DNA of 64,000 bases from Gemmatimonadota bacterium (GTDB lineage Bacteria; Gemmatimonadota; Gemmatimonadetes; Gemmatimonadales; Gemmatimonadaceae). The notes beneath the pieces were generated by a model. That model saw only the letters and a list, made by a program, of their open reading frames with translations, was not told where the DNA came from and did not search any database. A program made the translations under genes and the position numbers. This document shows positions 9,633-18,703 of this stretch, piece by piece. Positions within the stretch are counted from its first letter, which is position 1. Every line of letters begins with the position of its first letter. The stretch is from positions 415,492-479,491 of the forward strand of contig JAZJZK010000007.1 in NCBI GenBank assembly GCA_040389905.1, written 5' to 3'.

Positions 9633-10610
9633 ATGCCTTCCACCGTCGCCGGCCTGCGCTATCCGTACTCGCGCGTTCTCTTGCCGCGCACTCGGTTGGC
9701 GTACGTGCATATCAGGAACCTGCTCTCCGACGCCAAGCGCGATCGGGCCGCGCGCGTGTCCGGCTACGTCGCCATCTGGCTGCCGGAGGAGTTCGTGGTG
9801 CTGTATCTCCAGCGCGGCGAACTGGTGAACGCGTGCGTGCACGATGGTCGCGAGTTCCGCCCGATCGGGATCGGTGCCGCCGTCGAGAAGGTGCCAGGGG
9901 AGCCCGAATACGGCGAGATCTGTTTTCACGAAGCCGACGACGAGCAACTCGCCTGCATGTATGCGACGCAGACGCTGGAGCCCACCGACTGGCCTCCCGA
10001 GCTTCGCACAACCGATCCGACTGCACTCTTTCCATACCTGATGGCCACGACCTTCGACGGCGTGGTCGAGATCGTAACCGAAGGCGAAGTGAACTATCTC
10101 CGCTTTCAGCACGGCACCGTATTCGGAGCCTTTCTGTCCGGCTCCCAGCCCGGCACCGTGGTCGAACGAGTGAGCCGCCTGTTCGAGCGTGATCGTCGTG
10201 CCCTCCACGTCGCTGTTCGGCACTGGCCGGTGCCCGAACCGCTTCCGATTCAGGCGCCGACAGGGTTGGTGCAGGCGTACCGCGACCTGACCACGCAACT
10301 CGTGCTGCGTCTCGTGGCAAGCGGTCGCGAGAGCGCGCCGGCCATCGCCGAGCATGCTCGGACGACACTGCTGTACGAGCATCCGGCGCTCGAGGGCTTC
10401 TCCTTCAACGGACGAACGCCAAGGCCAGTGGTCGCAGATGCCAATGCCGTGACCGACGCGATCGCCGCGCTGATCAACGAAGTGCTGTGGACCGCGTCCG
10501 ACCAGGAAGGCAACGGACCGGAGACGATGCTGCGCGAATTGACCTACGAACGGCGACACCTCTATCAGTCCGCAGGCCTCTTCGACCGGCTCTCGTGGAA
10601 GCTGGCGTGA
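9633..10610 (+). CDS. Hypothetical protein with two possible PATAN/DUF4388-like modules
   Basis: Long ORF with GC-biased codons whose stop overlaps the rsmI start; VLYLQRGELVNA and YLRFQHGTVFGA segments resemble each other. Confidence 0.7.
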   Translation: MPSTVAGLRYPYSRVLLPRTRLAYVHIRNLLSDAKRDRAARVSGYVAIWLPEEFVVLYLQRGELVNACVHDGREFRPIGIGAAVEKVPGEPEYGEICFHEADDEQLACMYATQTLEPTDWPPELRTTDPTALFPYLMATTFDGVVEIVTEGEVNYLRFQHGTVFGAFLSGSQPGTVVERVSRLFERDRRALHVAVRHWPVPEPLPIQAPTGLVQAYRDLTTQLVLRLVASGRESAPAIAEHARTTLLYEHPALEGFSFNGRTPRPVVADANAVTDAIAALINEVLWTASDQEGNGPETMLRELTYERRHLYQSAGLFDRLSWKLA

Positions 10611-11440
10611 CGACCGGCACGAGTGGTACGCTGTACGTCGTCAGCACCCCCATTGGAAACATGGGGGATTTTTCTTTCCGCGCCGTCGAGGTGCTGAAGA
10701 ATGTCGCCGCGGTGCTCGCCGAGGACACGCGGCATTCGAGACACCTGCTCGACCGGTATGCGATTACGACGCCGCTCGTGCCCTACCACGAGCACAACGA
10801 GGCCAAGTCCACACCCCGCTTCGTCGAGCGACTCCTCGCCGGAGAGAGTCTCGCGATGATCTCGGATGCGGGCACACCGCTCCTCTCCGATCCGGGCGCG
10901 CGGCTGGTGCGCGCGGCGGTCGAGGCGACCATCCCCGTTTCTCCCGTGCCTGGTGCGTCGGCGCTGCTGGCGGCGCTGGTGGCGTCGGGGCTCGACGTCG
11001 GTCGCTTCACCTTTTTCGGATTTCTTCCGCGGAAGGGCAACGAGCGACGGACCACGCTTCAGGAAATCGCGGCGCTGCGTCATACGGCGATTCTCTATGA
11101 GTCGCCCGCGCGTGTCGGCGATACGCTGGACGAGCTCGCCGCCGCCGGAGCGCCCGAACGAGCAACGGTCGTCGCGCGCGAACTGTCAAAGCAATACGAG
11201 GAATTCCGGCGCGGAACGGTGGCCGCGCTCGCGGCGTATTACCTCGAGACGCCACCCCGTGGAGAAGTCGTGATCATCATTGCCGGAGCGAGTGTGCCAG
11301 AACAAGCGAGCGAAGATCAACTACGCACCCGCGCCGCGGAACTGCGCGAGAGCGGTCTGCCCGCGCGCGATGTCGCCGCGGCGCTCTCCTCGGAGCTCGG
11401 CGCGGCGCGCAATCTGGCCTATCGCATCGCACACGAGTGA
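10607..11440 (+). CDS. rsmI: 16S rRNA C1402 2'-O-methyltransferase
   Basis: LYVVSTPIGN, AEDTR, SDAGTPLLSDPG, YESPAR, ARELSK and RGEVV motifs; GTG start overlaps the upstream TGA. Confidence 0.95.
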   Translation: MTTGTSGTLYVVSTPIGNMGDFSFRAVEVLKNVAAVLAEDTRHSRHLLDRYAITTPLVPYHEHNEAKSTPRFVERLLAGESLAMISDAGTPLLSDPGARLVRAAVEATIPVSPVPGASALLAALVASGLDVGRFTFFGFLPRKGNERRTTLQEIAALRHTAILYESPARVGDTLDELAAAGAPERATVVARELSKQYEEFRRGTVAALAAYYLETPPRGEVVIIIAGASVPEQASEDQLRTRAAELRESGLPARDVAAALSSELGAARNLAYRIAHE

Positions 11441-12129
11441 ACCGCCTTCAACGCGCGCGGCGCGCGACGTCCCTGATCGCGCTGGCTCTGGCGCTCGTAC
11501 CAGTCACCGGCGCGCGCTACGCGCCCCGTCTCACCGTCGCACGCCTGCAATACGAAGGCGGCGGCGACTGGTACGCCAATCCATCGTCGTTGCCCAATCT
11601 GCTCGCGGCCATTCGTGAGCGCACGTCGCTTCCCGTCGAGAAGACGGAAGCACGCGTCACGCTCATGGACGACAAGCTCTGGGACTACCCGTTCCTTCAC
11701 ATGACCGGGCACGGCAACGTGAAGTTGACCGACGCCGAAGTCGTGCGACTGCGGGAGTATCTCCAGCGCGGCGGCTTCCTCCATGCCGACGACAACTACG
11801 GCCTCGATGAGTCCTTTCGGCGTGAGATGAAGCGGGTCTTTCCCGATCGCGAACTGGTAGATGTTCCGCTATCGCATCCTGTCTATCATGCAGTGTATGA
11901 CTTTCCGAAGGGCCTGCCCAAGATTCACGAGCACGATGGCAAGCCGGCGCGAGGCTTCGGCCTCTTTCTCGGCGACCGTCTTGCCGTGTACTACACGTTC
12001 TCGAGCGATCTCGGAAACGGGTGGGAAGATCCTGAGACCTATCACGACCCGGTGGCGTTGCACGAGGCGGCGCTTCGCATGGGTGTAAACCTCTTCGTGT
12101 ACGCCGTTACGAGCCGGCCGCTTCAATGA
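11437..12129 (+). CDS. DUF4159-like exported protein
   Basis: N-terminal signal; GGGDWYANPSSLPNL, YPFLHMTGHG, GGFLHADDNYG, SDLGNGWED and ALRMGVN motifs. Confidence 0.85.
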   Translation: MNRLQRARRATSLIALALALVPVTGARYAPRLTVARLQYEGGGDWYANPSSLPNLLAAIRERTSLPVEKTEARVTLMDDKLWDYPFLHMTGHGNVKLTDAEVVRLREYLQRGGFLHADDNYGLDESFRREMKRVFPDRELVDVPLSHPVYHAVYDFPKGLPKIHEHDGKPARGFGLFLGDRLAVYYTFSSDLGNGWEDPETYHDPVALHEAALRMGVNLFVYAVTSRPLQ

Positions 12130-15100
12130 CGATTCACACGCGCGTCGATCAGGAACGCAGTCACTTCCGCAGGTCGGAACTCATCACGGGCGCGTTGCTC
12201 GCCGCCGCAGTGGCCGCCGCACTGCTCGCCCTTGGAGCGGTCGTCCTCGGGCGGGCGCGCTGGCTCGAGCTCCCGCGCGGACTCCCGCTCCTGGTCTGGT
12301 TCGTCGTGATGGCGGTGGTCGGTTTCCTCGCCTTTCGAACGCGTCGGCGACTGGAGCGCGGCTCACGGAGAGATGTCGCGCTGGCGATCGAGGAGGAGCA
12401 GGGCATTCGGCGCGGACAGCTGGTCGGGGTGCTCGAGCTCGAAGGGAAGGGCGCTCTGGCGGAGTACGCGGCGCGTGGCGTGCAGCGCACGCTCCCGGAC
12501 GGTGTTCCCCTCGCCCCAGCCATGCGCCGCGCCAGTTCGCGTCGCACGATGATCGGCGCAGGCGCGGCGGCCGCGGGTGTGCTCCTGCTGCTGACCGCCT
12601 CGCCCTTGTTTGGTGATGGCCTGCGCGCGGTGCTTCGGCCGATCGATGCATGGCGCGGCGTCCTGTTGGATCGCCCGAGCGTGGAGGGGGCTCCGGAGGA
12701 ACTCCTGCGCGGGTCTCCGCTGCACGTCACGGTGCGTGCGCCCGGACGCCGGTTCGTCTTCGTGGAAGTACGCCAGACGGGAGATGCCTGGCGCACCGAT
12801 ACTGTAGCGATCGATGCGAAGACCGGAGCGGCCCCGTGGTCGACGGACGCGCTGCGCGGCGATTTGCGACTCGTCGTGTCCGACGGCCGCGCGACGAGCG
12901 ACAGCGTGATTGTGCATGCCGCGGATCGTCCATTTGTCGGCGCCGTCACCTTGCATGTGCAGTACCCGCGCTACCTCGGGCGCGCCGATGAATCGCTGCC
13001 CGTCGGAGAGCCGCTCCACCTCCCGCGCGGCAGCGTCCTCACCGTAGCGGGCCGCGCGTCTGTGCCGCTCGCGGATGTCGCGCTCGTGGCACCCGGTGGA
13101 GCGCGCATCGCGCTGACGGCCTCCGGCCAGACATTCCGTGGCGTGTTCACGCCGGAGCAGTCGGCGGAGCTGCATTGGGCGGCACGCGGACCCGGGGGCC
13201 TCGTGCCGGACCTTCCCGAGCCACTGAGTATCGACGTGGTCGCCGATTCCGCGCCACGCGTCATCATCGCCGAGCCGACGGCAGACACGATTCTCGTTGC
13301 CGGCGAAGCGATCGGTCTCGCCCTCCGCGTCTCCGATGATCACGGGGTGTCGTCCGTGTCGTTGCGCATGCTGCGCGCGGAGGTGCGCGATGCCGCTCCG
13401 ATCATTCACCAGGTCGCCGCCGATGTCGGCACGAACTGGGGCGGCGCTGCCATTGTGAACATCGACTCGCTGCGCCTCGGTCCGGGTGACGCCATTCGCG
13501 TCCGCGCCGAGGCGGTCGACGCGTCTCCGTGGGCACAGCGCGGTGTCAGCAGGGAAATCGTGATGCGTCGCGCGACCTCGGAGGAACAGCGCACCGCCGC
13601 GCGTGCACTTGGCGATTCGGCGGTCAAGGAAGCGCTCGCTGCAGCCAGCGCGCAGAAGCAGCTCGCGCAGAAAACCGATGAGGCGGCCCGGGCGCAAACC
13701 CGCCAGGCCACGAAGGCGGAGGGGCAAGCGCCCTCCGAACGCGAAAAGAAGGCGATGAACTTCGATGCGGCCGAGAAGGCGAAGAGCCTCGCGCAGGAAC
13801 AGCGCGCGATGACCGACCGCGTCGAAAAGCTTCGGCAGGCGACGAAGCAGCTCGAGGAACAGCTCAAGGCTGCTGGTGCGCTCGACACCTCACTAGCGCG
13901 TCAGCTCGGCGAAGCGCAGGCGTTGCTCAAGAAGGCGCTCACACCAGAAATGCTCGCGCAGATGAGCAAGTTGGAATCCGCGTCGCAGCAGATGAACGGC
14001 GAGCAATCGCGCGAAGCGATGCGCGATCTGGCGCAGATGCAGCAGAAGATGCGCGAGCAGCTCGAGAAGAGCGCCGAGATGCTCAAGCGTGCGGCTCACG
14101 AAGGTGCGATGCAGACGCTCGGCGATGAGGCGAAGGAGCTTGCCGCGAAGGAACGTGAGTTGGCGGAGAAGGCTGGGAAGCCCGACGCGTCGAGAGAGCA
14201 GTCGGACGCCAAGCAGGCGGCGGACCTCGCGGAACGCACCGAACGGTTGCGCGAGGCCATGGATGAGCTCAAGCAGCGCCTGGCCAAGGACAAGGCAGAC
14301 GCAGGTGCGAGCAAGACAGATCAAGCGGCGGAACACGCCACCAAGTCGGAAGCAGAAATGCGCCGCGCCGCGAACGAGGCGCGGGCGCAGGAGAAGAACG
14401 CACAGCAGCAGCGCGCCGATTCGTCGGCGAAGGCCGGCGGTGAGCCCAAGCCCGGCGGAGAGCCGAAGCCCGGTGGTGAACCGAAGCCGGGTGGTGAACC
14501 GAAGGCGGGCGGCGAGCAGAAGCCTGGTGGTGACCCAAAGAGTGGAGGGCAGCCGAAGAGTGGCGGCGAAGGACAGCCGAAGGCCGGTCAACAGGGTGGC
14601 GGAAAGCAGCAGATGCAGGACGCCGCCGCCGAAATGGACAAGGCGGCCAAGTCGATGCAGGATGCGCGCAGCGAGCAGGTGAAGGAGTGGAAACAGGAGC
14701 TGACGTCGGAGCTCGACCAGTCCGTCCAGGAAATGATGCAGCTGGCTCGCGAGGAGCGCGCTCTCGAGCAAAAGGCGCGCGACGGACAGTCCGCTGAGGA
14801 CAAGCGGAGCGCGCAGAGCGCGGTCGAGCAGGGCGTCGACAAGGCAAACGAGCGTCTCAACAACGCGGGCAAGAAGAGCGCACTCCTGTCGCCGCGTTCG
14901 CAGCGCGCGATGTCCGACGCGAAGCAGAAGGTGCAACAGGCCACGGAGAGCGTCACGCAGCCGAATTCCAGCCAGAAGCAGGCGAGCGCGCTCGGCGATG
15001 CGGCCGATGCACTGACCAAGGCGGCGGCGTCCCTCGCGCGTGATCGTGAACGCGCGAACAGCGCCAACAGCGCGTCTGGCTTCAGTGAAATGTTGAAGGA

Positions 15101-15611
15101 GATGCAGGAGATGGCGCAGAAGCAGGGCCAGATCAACGGGCAGTCGCAGAGCCTGATGAGCATGCCGAACGGCATGAACAGCGCGGCAGGGCAGTCGTTG
15201 GCGCGCTCGCTCGCCCAGAAGCAGCGGCAACTGTCCGACCAGCTCGACGAGTCTGGAGACGGCGCTGGAGGTGATCGCGCCGCACAACTCGCGCAGGAAG
15301 CGCGGCAACTCGCTGACGCGCTCGACAACGGCCGGTTGGACGCGACCACGATGGCTCGTCAGCAACAGCTCTTTCGCCGCCTGCTCGACGCCGGCAAGTC
15401 GCTGGAAAAGGAGGAGAAGGACGAATCCGGCAAGCGCGAATCCAAGAGTGCTGCGGGTAACGATGCCTTCTCGCCGAATGCAAAGGTCGACGCGAAGGCC
15501 GCAGTGAAATTCCGCCCGCCAACGTGGGCCGAGTTACGCGCGCTGTCGGCAGACGAGCGGCGCGCGATCCTCGACTACTTCACGCGGCTGAACAGTGCTC
15601 CGACGCCGTAG
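12126..15611 (+). CDS. Large DUF4175-like membrane protein (TM helices, beta-rich domains, Q/E/K/A coiled coil)
   Basis: 1161 aa; three N-terminal hydrophobic segments, YPRYLG motif, long heptad-rich region, C-terminal DYFTRL. Confidence 0.75.
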   Translation: MTIHTRVDQERSHFRRSELITGALLAAAVAAALLALGAVVLGRARWLELPRGLPLLVWFVVMAVVGFLAFRTRRRLERGSRRDVALAIEEEQGIRRGQLVGVLELEGKGALAEYAARGVQRTLPDGVPLAPAMRRASSRRTMIGAGAAAAGVLLLLTASPLFGDGLRAVLRPIDAWRGVLLDRPSVEGAPEELLRGSPLHVTVRAPGRRFVFVEVRQTGDAWRTDTVAIDAKTGAAPWSTDALRGDLRLVVSDGRATSDSVIVHAADRPFVGAVTLHVQYPRYLGRADESLPVGEPLHLPRGSVLTVAGRASVPLADVALVAPGGARIALTASGQTFRGVFTPEQSAELHWAARGPGGLVPDLPEPLSIDVVADSAPRVIIAEPTADTILVAGEAIGLALRVSDDHGVSSVSLRMLRAEVRDAAPIIHQVAADVGTNWGGAAIVNIDSLRLGPGDAIRVRAEAVDASPWAQRGVSREIVMRRATSEEQRTAARALGDSAVKEALAAASAQKQLAQKTDEAARAQTRQATKAEGQAPSEREKKAMNFDAAEKAKSLAQEQRAMTDRVEKLRQATKQLEEQLKAAGALDTSLARQLGEAQALLKKALTPEMLAQMSKLESASQQMNGEQSREAMRDLAQMQQKMREQLEKSAEMLKRAAHEGAMQTLGDEAKELAAKERELAEKAGKPDASREQSDAKQAADLAERTERLREAMDELKQRLAKDKADAGASKTDQAAEHATKSEAEMRRAANEARAQEKNAQQQRADSSAKAGGEPKPGGEPKPGGEPKPGGEPKAGGEQKPGGDPKSGGQPKSGGEGQPKAGQQGGGKQQMQDAAAEMDKAAKSMQDARSEQVKEWKQELTSELDQSVQEMMQLAREERALEQKARDGQSAEDKRSAQSAVEQGVDKANERLNNAGKKSALLSPRSQRAMSDAKQKVQQATESVTQPNSSQKQASALGDAADALTKAAASLARDRERANSANSASGFSEMLKEMQEMAQKQGQINGQSQSLMSMPNGMNSAAGQSLARSLAQKQRQLSDQLDESGDGAGGDRAAQLAQEARQLADALDNGRLDATTMARQQQLFRRLLDAGKSLEKEEKDESGKRESKSAAGNDAFSPNAKVDAKAAVKFRPPTWAELRALSADERRAILDYFTRLNSAPTP
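14430..14588 (+). repeat. Intragenic 18-nt tandem repeat encoding (K-[P/A/S]-G-G-[E/D/Q]-[P/Q]) about 8 times
   Basis: Translation KAGGEPKPGGEPKPGGEPKPGGEPKAGGEQKPGGDPKSGGQPKSGGEGQPKAG; codons vary synonymously between units. Confidence 0.85.
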
Positions 15612-17316
15612 GGGGCTCGCCGCGCAACATTGCGCGGCGCTGCTTCTGGTCTCCTTGCTGCTCCTCACACCGGGTCGCGCCGACGCGCAGGAGGAGCGAC
15701 CCGAGGTCATGAAGGCACTCGACCTCGAGAACGCCGGGAAGTACAAAGAGGCCGCGATGCTGTTCCGCACGGCGGTGCGGACCGCGCCAACTCCGAATGC
15801 GGTGCTCGGGTTGGAGCGTGTCTATGCCGAGCTCGGGATGAGCGACTCGCTGCTCGCGCCACTCGACACGCTCATCGCGAATTTTCCGCGCGAGCCGATG
15901 TACCGGTCGGTGCAGCTGCGCACCCTGCAGATTCTTCGCCGTGACGAAAAGCTGCGCGACGCATTCGAGAAGTGGGTGCGCGCGTCACCCCGCGACGCGG
16001 CGCCGTATCGCGAGTATGCCCGCATCCTCATTCAACTCGGCAGGCCGGCATCCGCAGACAGCATCGTCATGCGAGGGAAGTTCGCACTCGGCAGCCTGCG
16101 TGATCTCGAATACGAGAATGCCCAATTGCGCGCCGCGATGGGTGATTGGCTGGCGAGCGCACAGTCCTGGCGACGCGCATTGGTCGATGCGCCGCATCTT
16201 GCGACCGCGAGCGCGTACGCGCTTGCGCCCGCGCCCGCGACGGCCCGCGAGGGGGTCCGTGGCGCGTTGTCCTCGCTGCCCGCAGACGCGGGCTCGCGCC
16301 GCGCGCTGGCGGAGCTGGAGCTCACGTGGGGACGCCCGCAGCAGGCGTGGGAGGCCCTTCGAACACTGCGGCCCGATACGGCGGCCGCGACGATGTGGGA
16401 GGAGTTCGGCGAGCGCGCATACGTCGAGGAACGCTGGACGATCGCGCGCGACGCACTCGTCGCTGCGCTCGCGATCCGGCGCAACAGGCCGCTCGCTGTC
16501 CGCGCGGCCACCGCCGCGATTCGCGCTGGGTCGCCGAGCCAGGTGTTCGTGCTGGCTCCGTTGGCCGAAGTGGTAGGTGACACCGCGCAGGTCGTGCGGC
16601 AGTATGTTCCGCTCCACATCGCTGCACTCGTCGCCCTCAGTCGCGCCAATGAAGCCGAGGAACTCGTTGCCAAGTACGATCGTTTTCTCGTACCGATTCA
16701 GCGGATGCGCATGGCGCAGTTGATCGCAACGGCCTGGGTTCGCGCGGGAGATATGCCGAAGGCGCGCGAGGCGCTCCGCGCCGCCGGACCAGAGGCGGAT
16801 TCGAGCGAGGCGGCAGGTTGGCTCGCATTGTACGAAGGGCGTCTGAGCGTCGCGCGCACGCTGTTGCGGACGACCACGACGCCCACAGCCGACCTCACGC
16901 TCGCGATGGGCGTCGTCACGCGTCTCAAGGGAGTCGACATTGCACCGCAACTCGGCGCGGCGTTTCTGGCGCTGGCGCGTGGTGACAGTGCCGGTGCGTC
17001 AACGAAATTCGTCGAGGCCGCGACCGTGCACGCCGAGGTCGCTCCGGCACTCCTTCTGATTGCCGCTCGTCTGCAAAGTGCGCGCGCGGTGAATGCCATC
17101 CCGATCTGGCAGCGCATCGTCGCCGACTATCCGACCGCGCCCGAAGCGGTCGAGAGCGAGCTCGAATGGGCGCGCATGTTGCGCCGGCAAGGCGATACGG
17201 CCGGTGCGACCGCGCATCTCGAACATCTCATCCTCAGCGCTCCGCAGAGCGCGCTCCTCCCTCAGGCACGACGCGAGCTCGAACTCGCGCGTGGTGCCGT
17301 TCCACCGAGATCATGA
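15595..17316 (+). CDS. Exported TPR-like helical repeat protein
   Basis: Signal peptide ending ADA-Q; Ala/Leu/Arg-rich helical repeats; C-terminal IVADYPTAPEA...LILSAPQS like TPR_6/CpoB-type ends. Confidence 0.75.
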   Translation: MLRRRRGLAAQHCAALLLVSLLLLTPGRADAQEERPEVMKALDLENAGKYKEAAMLFRTAVRTAPTPNAVLGLERVYAELGMSDSLLAPLDTLIANFPREPMYRSVQLRTLQILRRDEKLRDAFEKWVRASPRDAAPYREYARILIQLGRPASADSIVMRGKFALGSLRDLEYENAQLRAAMGDWLASAQSWRRALVDAPHLATASAYALAPAPATAREGVRGALSSLPADAGSRRALAELELTWGRPQQAWEALRTLRPDTAAATMWEEFGERAYVEERWTIARDALVAALAIRRNRPLAVRAATAAIRAGSPSQVFVLAPLAEVVGDTAQVVRQYVPLHIAALVALSRANEAEELVAKYDRFLVPIQRMRMAQLIATAWVRAGDMPKAREALRAAGPEADSSEAAGWLALYEGRLSVARTLLRTTTTPTADLTLAMGVVTRLKGVDIAPQLGAAFLALARGDSAGASTKFVEAATVHAEVAPALLLIAARLQSARAVNAIPIWQRIVADYPTAPEAVESELEWARMLRRQGDTAGATAHLEHLILSAPQSALLPQARRELELARGAVPPRS

Positions 17317-18668
17317 AGTCAACGTTGCAGGACGCTATCGCGAGCGGATTGGAGCACGGATGTCACGGATGTCATCCCGAGCGAAGTCGAGGGATCTGCA
17401 CGTTCCGTCTGGGTAAGCTGATCGTTTTTGCGATGCTGATCCTCTGTGCAGTTTCCGTGGCCCACGCGCAACGCATCCTCATCCCGATGGATGATGGACA
17501 GACCAACCACCTCAAGGCCTACGGCCTGACCTACAACGCCATGAAGACCGGTGTGCAGGCGGAGTGGCTGCTGAATTTTCGCGGCGGGTCGTTTCTTCTT
17601 CCCGATGCGCCCGAGCTCCGGCGGCGGGCGGCACTCGACGGCATCTCGTACGAGACGATCACCGACGCGCAGTTGAGCTCCATTCGTCGGGACATTGCCG
17701 CCGGCAACATGGAGAGTGTGCCGCTCGAAAAGGCGCCGCGGATCGCCGTGTATACGCCTCTCGAAGCGCAGCCGTGGGACGATGCCGTTACGCTCGCCCT
17801 CAAGTATGCGGGCATCGAGTTCACGCCGATCTACGACGATCAGGTCGAGCAGGGTGACCTGACGAAGTACGACTGGCTGCACCTGCATCACGAAGATTTC
17901 ACGGGCCAGTTCAACAAGTTCCAGCTCGGGTATCGGGACGCGCCATGGTTCAGGGATCTCGTCGCGAAGAACGCCGCAACGGCGAAAAAGCTCGGCTTCG
18001 CGAGCGTACCCGGCCTCAAGAAGGACGTGGCCGAGCGGATCCGCCTCTTCGTGGAGCGTGGCGGTTTTCTCTTCGCAATGTGCGGTGCGACGGAAACGCT
18101 CGAACTCGCGATCGCCGGCCGCGACGTCGATATCGCGGGCGAGTTTGCGGACGGCACGCCGATGGACCCGGACGCCGACAGCCGCATGCAGTGGAAACGG
18201 TCGCTCGCGTTCAAGGACGCGCACCTCGAACATTCGCCCTTCGTCAACTCGATGAGCGACATCGACGGACACCAGGTCAACGTCCCGGGACGCCGGCAGC
18301 CGCTCGGCACCTTCACGCTGTTCAACTTCTCCGCCAAGTTCGATCCTGTTCCGAGCATGCTGGTGCAGAATCACCGGAGCGTGATCAACGACTACTTCGG
18401 TGTCACGACCAGCTTCACGAAGGCGACGCTCAAGCCAGGGGATATCATACTGGCCACGGAGGAGGGCGCGCCGTGGGTCAAATACATTCACGGTGACTAC
18501 GGCAAGGGCACCTGGACCTACCTCGGCGGCCACGACCCCGAAGATCCCCAGCACGCGATCGGCAACCCGCCGACCGACCTGTCGCTGCGGAAGTCGAGCC
18601 CGGGATACCGGCTCATTCTCAACAACGTGTTGTTCCCCGCGGCGAAGAAGAAGCCTTTGAAGACCTAG
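17313..18668 (+). CDS. Secreted protein of the family often auto-annotated 'asparagine synthetase B' (function unknown; GATase-like fold suspected)
   Basis: LIPMD..QTNHLKAYG, EWLLNFRGGSF, PWDDAVTLAL, WLHLHHEDFTGQ, GGFLFAMC, GGHDPED and SPGYRLILNNVLFPAA. ATG 17313 overlaps the upstream TGA; a later start (e.g. 17433) is possible. Confidence 0.75.
   Translation: MKSTLQDAIASGLEHGCHGCHPERSRGICTFRLGKLIVFAMLILCAVSVAHAQRILIPMDDGQTNHLKAYGLTYNAMKTGVQAEWLLNFRGGSFLLPDAPELRRRAALDGISYETITDAQLSSIRRDIAAGNMESVPLEKAPRIAVYTPLEAQPWDDAVTLALKYAGIEFTPIYDDQVEQGDLTKYDWLHLHHEDFTGQFNKFQLGYRDAPWFRDLVAKNAATAKKLGFASVPGLKKDVAERIRLFVERGGFLFAMCGATETLELAIAGRDVDIAGEFADGTPMDPDADSRMQWKRSLAFKDAHLEHSPFVNSMSDIDGHQVNVPGRRQPLGTFTLFNFSAKFDPVPSMLVQNHRSVINDYFGVTTSFTKATLKPGDIILATEEGAPWVKYIHGDYGKGTWTYLGGHDPEDPQHAIGNPPTDLSLRKSSPGYRLILNNVLFPAAKKKPLKT
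17342..17400 (+). repeat. Composite repeat: CGGAT array plus family-A palindromic arm, in the 5' end of the CDS
   Basis: gagCGGATtggagcaCGGATgtcaCGGAT-GTCATCCCGAGCGAAGTCGAGGGATCTGCA; the arm nearly matches 35927-35957. Confidence 0.8.
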
Positions 18669-18703
18669 TCCCTCGCCCCTCTTTCGGTGTATCTTCAGGG
18701 GTC

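Noticed and set aside
17313..18668. Genuine asparagine synthetase (asnB)
   Set aside because: It has a signal-like segment and lacks the N-terminal Ntn Cys and the SGGLDS ATP-binding motif.
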